From Thecamonas trahens ATCC 50062 (lineage: Eukaryota; Protista; Apusomonadida), in contig NW_013657640.1 in assembly GCF_000142905.1 (NCBI RefSeq), positions 145,395-164,677 on the forward strand: DNA of 19,283 nucleotides. The letters are read 5' to 3'. Both the position numbers and the translations under genes were made by a program. Below the pieces are notes generated by a model that was not told the origin of the DNA, did no database searches, and saw only the letters and a list, made by a program, of their open reading frames with translations. Numbering within the stretch: position 1 is the first letter of the stretch; each line of letters opens with the position of its first letter. This document shows, one piece after another, positions 17,460 to 19,283 of the stretch.

Positions 17460-19073
17460 TCAGAGCTCGTCGCCGGGCGCAAAGGAGTTGTGTCCGTCCG
17501 ACGAGCACGACGAGCACGAGCCGGCTCCCCGCCGCCCACCAGGCTCCAGCACCGCCAGTGCGTCGGGCGTAAACAGATCGTCGCCGAGCATGTGGTGGTA
17601 CCGGCTGGAGCCGCGCCTGTGGTACCAGTACCCGCCACCAGCAACGCACCCAATCACGCCGCACACCAGCAGCAGGATGATAGCCACCGTGCCGGCATCT
17701 GTCGGCCCGGCCGCAGGCGCCGGGCTCGGCGACGAGGCTGTCTCCCGCCCGCATGCCGCGTCCCAATCGTCGTAGAATGAATCACGAGTAGCGTCGAGGA
17801 ACGCGTCCAGCGGTACGATGCACGCGTCGCTCCGGGTGTCCAGCGCCACGCTCGCGGCGCTGACGCAGATGCCGCCGGAAAAGACCAGCGGGGCGTCATT
17901 GTAAAACGCCGAGACGTACGCCGCCCCAGTATCGGTTATGTGCAGCTCAAAGACGACTGACGAGGCGTACGGCGGAATGCCACCGGCTTCGGTGACTGGA
18001 AGCGCTGCCAGGAGCGACGCCAGCGTTGTGTCGTGGGCAGAGAGCAGGTAGAACTTGCGGAGGTCGGCGGGCAGCTCGCCAGGGCCGATCGACGGCGATG
18101 GCGAGGCTGTAAAGCCCTCGGAAGCAGCGGCCGGCGGTGGCGGCGGCGGCGCCACGTAGGCCTGGAACAAGTCGCGGAGAGTGGCCACCATGTTGCCACC
18201 AGCCAGCTTGCCGGCCTTGTCGTGCGAAAAGGTATGAGCCGTGACCCAGTCGGCCGTGGCAATGATGTCGTCGAGCATCGGGAGCGTGACCTTGCCGTTG
18301 AGCAGCGGCTTGCCGTGCGACCACGCACAGAAGAGTGGGTCGTAGATCAGGTACCACTTGCCGAGCGTCACCTCTTCGCCGGCGAGCTCAGCCAGCGTCT
18401 CGGCCAGCGTTGCCACGTCCGCAGCCTTGGCCACAAACTCTGGCGAGCTCTGGCGCGCCTTCTCCAGTGCGTCAAACTCGGGACAGTTGTTGTACCCGCG
18501 GAGCAGCGTGTCGTAGACCACCGGTCGCGAGTGGATCGGCACGTACTGCACCCGCTCCGGCGAGTCGGCCGGGCCGGTCCCGGCCGGGAAGAGCCCGGCT
18601 AGCAGCGCCTGCGCCGACTGGATGGTCCGATCGACAGCGGTGGCACGGGCGTAGACGTCAAAGACCGAGTACGTCTCCATGGCTAGCAGCGCCGAGTAGT
18701 TGGCCCTTAGCCGCTGGCCCAGCGCCACGTGCTGCGCCATGCCGCGCCCGGTCAGCTGACCGCGGCCCTGCGGCCACTCATTGTCATCCTCGGGCAGCGC
18801 ATGGACCGGCGTCCGGTCGCCATGCCGGGTGAAGACCACCACCGCCTGCAGCGTACCAGGCCGAGCCCCTGCCGCCCGCTTGCCCACCCGTCCGCCCCAA
18901 TGCGGTCCTCCAGCCTCGTCGGCCAGTCCGCCGTCCCACCAGCCGCCGACCTCCTCGTCGGCTCCCACCGCAGTCACCACCAACGCCACCACCACCACCG
19001 CCAGCACCAACACCACCACCACCCCAGCCACCCCATGTCCTGGACCATCCGTCCGTCTGCGGGCACTTGCCAT
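17460..19073 (-). CDS. Histidine acid phosphatase (lysosomal/prostatic acid phosphatase-like), type I membrane topology
   Basis: ATG at 19073-19071 (MASARRRTDGPGHG) is followed by a hydrophobic VAGVVVVLVLAVVVVALVVTAV. The RHGxRxP signature is present (VVVFTRHGDRTP), as is the proton-donor motif LLSAHDTTLASLL. A C-terminal TM segment (TVAIILLLVCGVIGCVAGGGYWY) is followed by a short tail ending ..SFAPGDEL. Stop is TGA at 17462-17460. The listed ORF runs on to 19265, but that upstream part is a repeat-derived read-through. Confidence 0.85.
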   Translation of the reverse strand: MASARRRTDGPGHGVAGVVVVLVLAVVVVALVVTAVGADEEVGGWWDGGLADEAGGPHWGGRVGKRAAGARPGTLQAVVVFTRHGDRTPVHALPEDDNEWPQGRGQLTGRGMAQHVALGQRLRANYSALLAMETYSVFDVYARATAVDRTIQSAQALLAGLFPAGTGPADSPERVQYVPIHSRPVVYDTLLRGYNNCPEFDALEKARQSSPEFVAKAADVATLAETLAELAGEEVTLGKWYLIYDPLFCAWSHGKPLLNGKVTLPMLDDIIATADWVTAHTFSHDKAGKLAGGNMVATLRDLFQAYVAPPPPPPAAASEGFTASPSPSIGPGELPADLRKFYLLSAHDTTLASLLAALPVTEAGGIPPYASSVVFELHITDTGAAYVSAFYNDAPLVFSGGICVSAASVALDTRSDACIVPLDAFLDATRDSFYDDWDAACGRETASSPSPAPAAGPTDAGTVAIILLLVCGVIGCVAGGGYWYHRRGSSRYHHMLGDDLFTPDALAVLEPGGRRGAGSCSSCSSDGHNSFAPGDEL

Positions 19074-19115
19074 TCCAGACCAGTAGCGAGAGGAGTCGTG
19101 AAGAAGAGTCCACCA

Positions 19116-19181
19116 GGCAGGAAGGTAGCCAGGGAGGAAGGTAGCCAGGCAGGTGGGTAGCCTGGCAGGTGGGTAGCCACA
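19116..19181. repeat. Four degenerate tandem copies of a 16-nt motif, 45-110 nt upstream of the acid phosphatase ATG
   Basis: The copies are caggaaggtagccagg / gaggaaggtagccagg / caggtgggtagcctgg / caggtgggtagccac. Confidence 0.6.
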
Positions 19182-19283
19182 CCAGGCCACCCCGGTCATC
19201 CTACGCCCATCCACCCCATCCACCCACCCCCCCCACCCCATCCACCTACATTCCATTCCATCCACCCACCCCCACGAGATGCC

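Overview
This window is GC-rich, gene-dense eukaryotic nuclear DNA with few introns. About 80% of it codes for protein, and the spacers are short and rich in C or CT. I can support eight protein-coding genes, listed left to right. (1) A secreted purple acid phosphatase (+). (2) A single long ORF that fuses a PP2C phosphatase domain to a full MOB4/phocein domain (+). (3) A PP4-type PPP catalytic subunit with one GTAGGT..CAG intron that holds a C23 homopolymer (-). (4) An intronless major vault protein (-). (5) A gene with arrestin N and C domains, a beta-sandwich domain and a TKL protein kinase domain; its domains lie in four different frames separated by four apparent -1 frame breaks (+). (6) An equilibrative nucleoside transporter (-). 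(7) A proline-rich tandem-repeat protein with a higher-order repeat structure that continues into an acidic helical C-terminal domain. It is interrupted by a -20/+14 compensating indel pair (+). (8) A lysosomal-type histidine acid phosphatase with RHGxRxP and AHD motifs and a C-terminal TM segment (-). I saw no rRNA, tRNA, CRISPR array or transposon. This is not a prokaryotic defence or mobile-element locus. Its interest lies elsewhere: two unusual domain fusions (PP2C-MOB4, arrestin-kinase); four phosphatases from four unrelated superfamilies in 19 kb; convergent genes only 10 and 95 nt apart; two hairpins that sequester an upstream in-frame AUG; poly-C tracts with G-quadruplex and i-motif potential in every spacer; and signs of either assembly error or recent decay in the repeat gene and the arrestin-kinase gene. 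All calls come from reading the supplied six-frame translations and the sequence by eye. I ran no database search.
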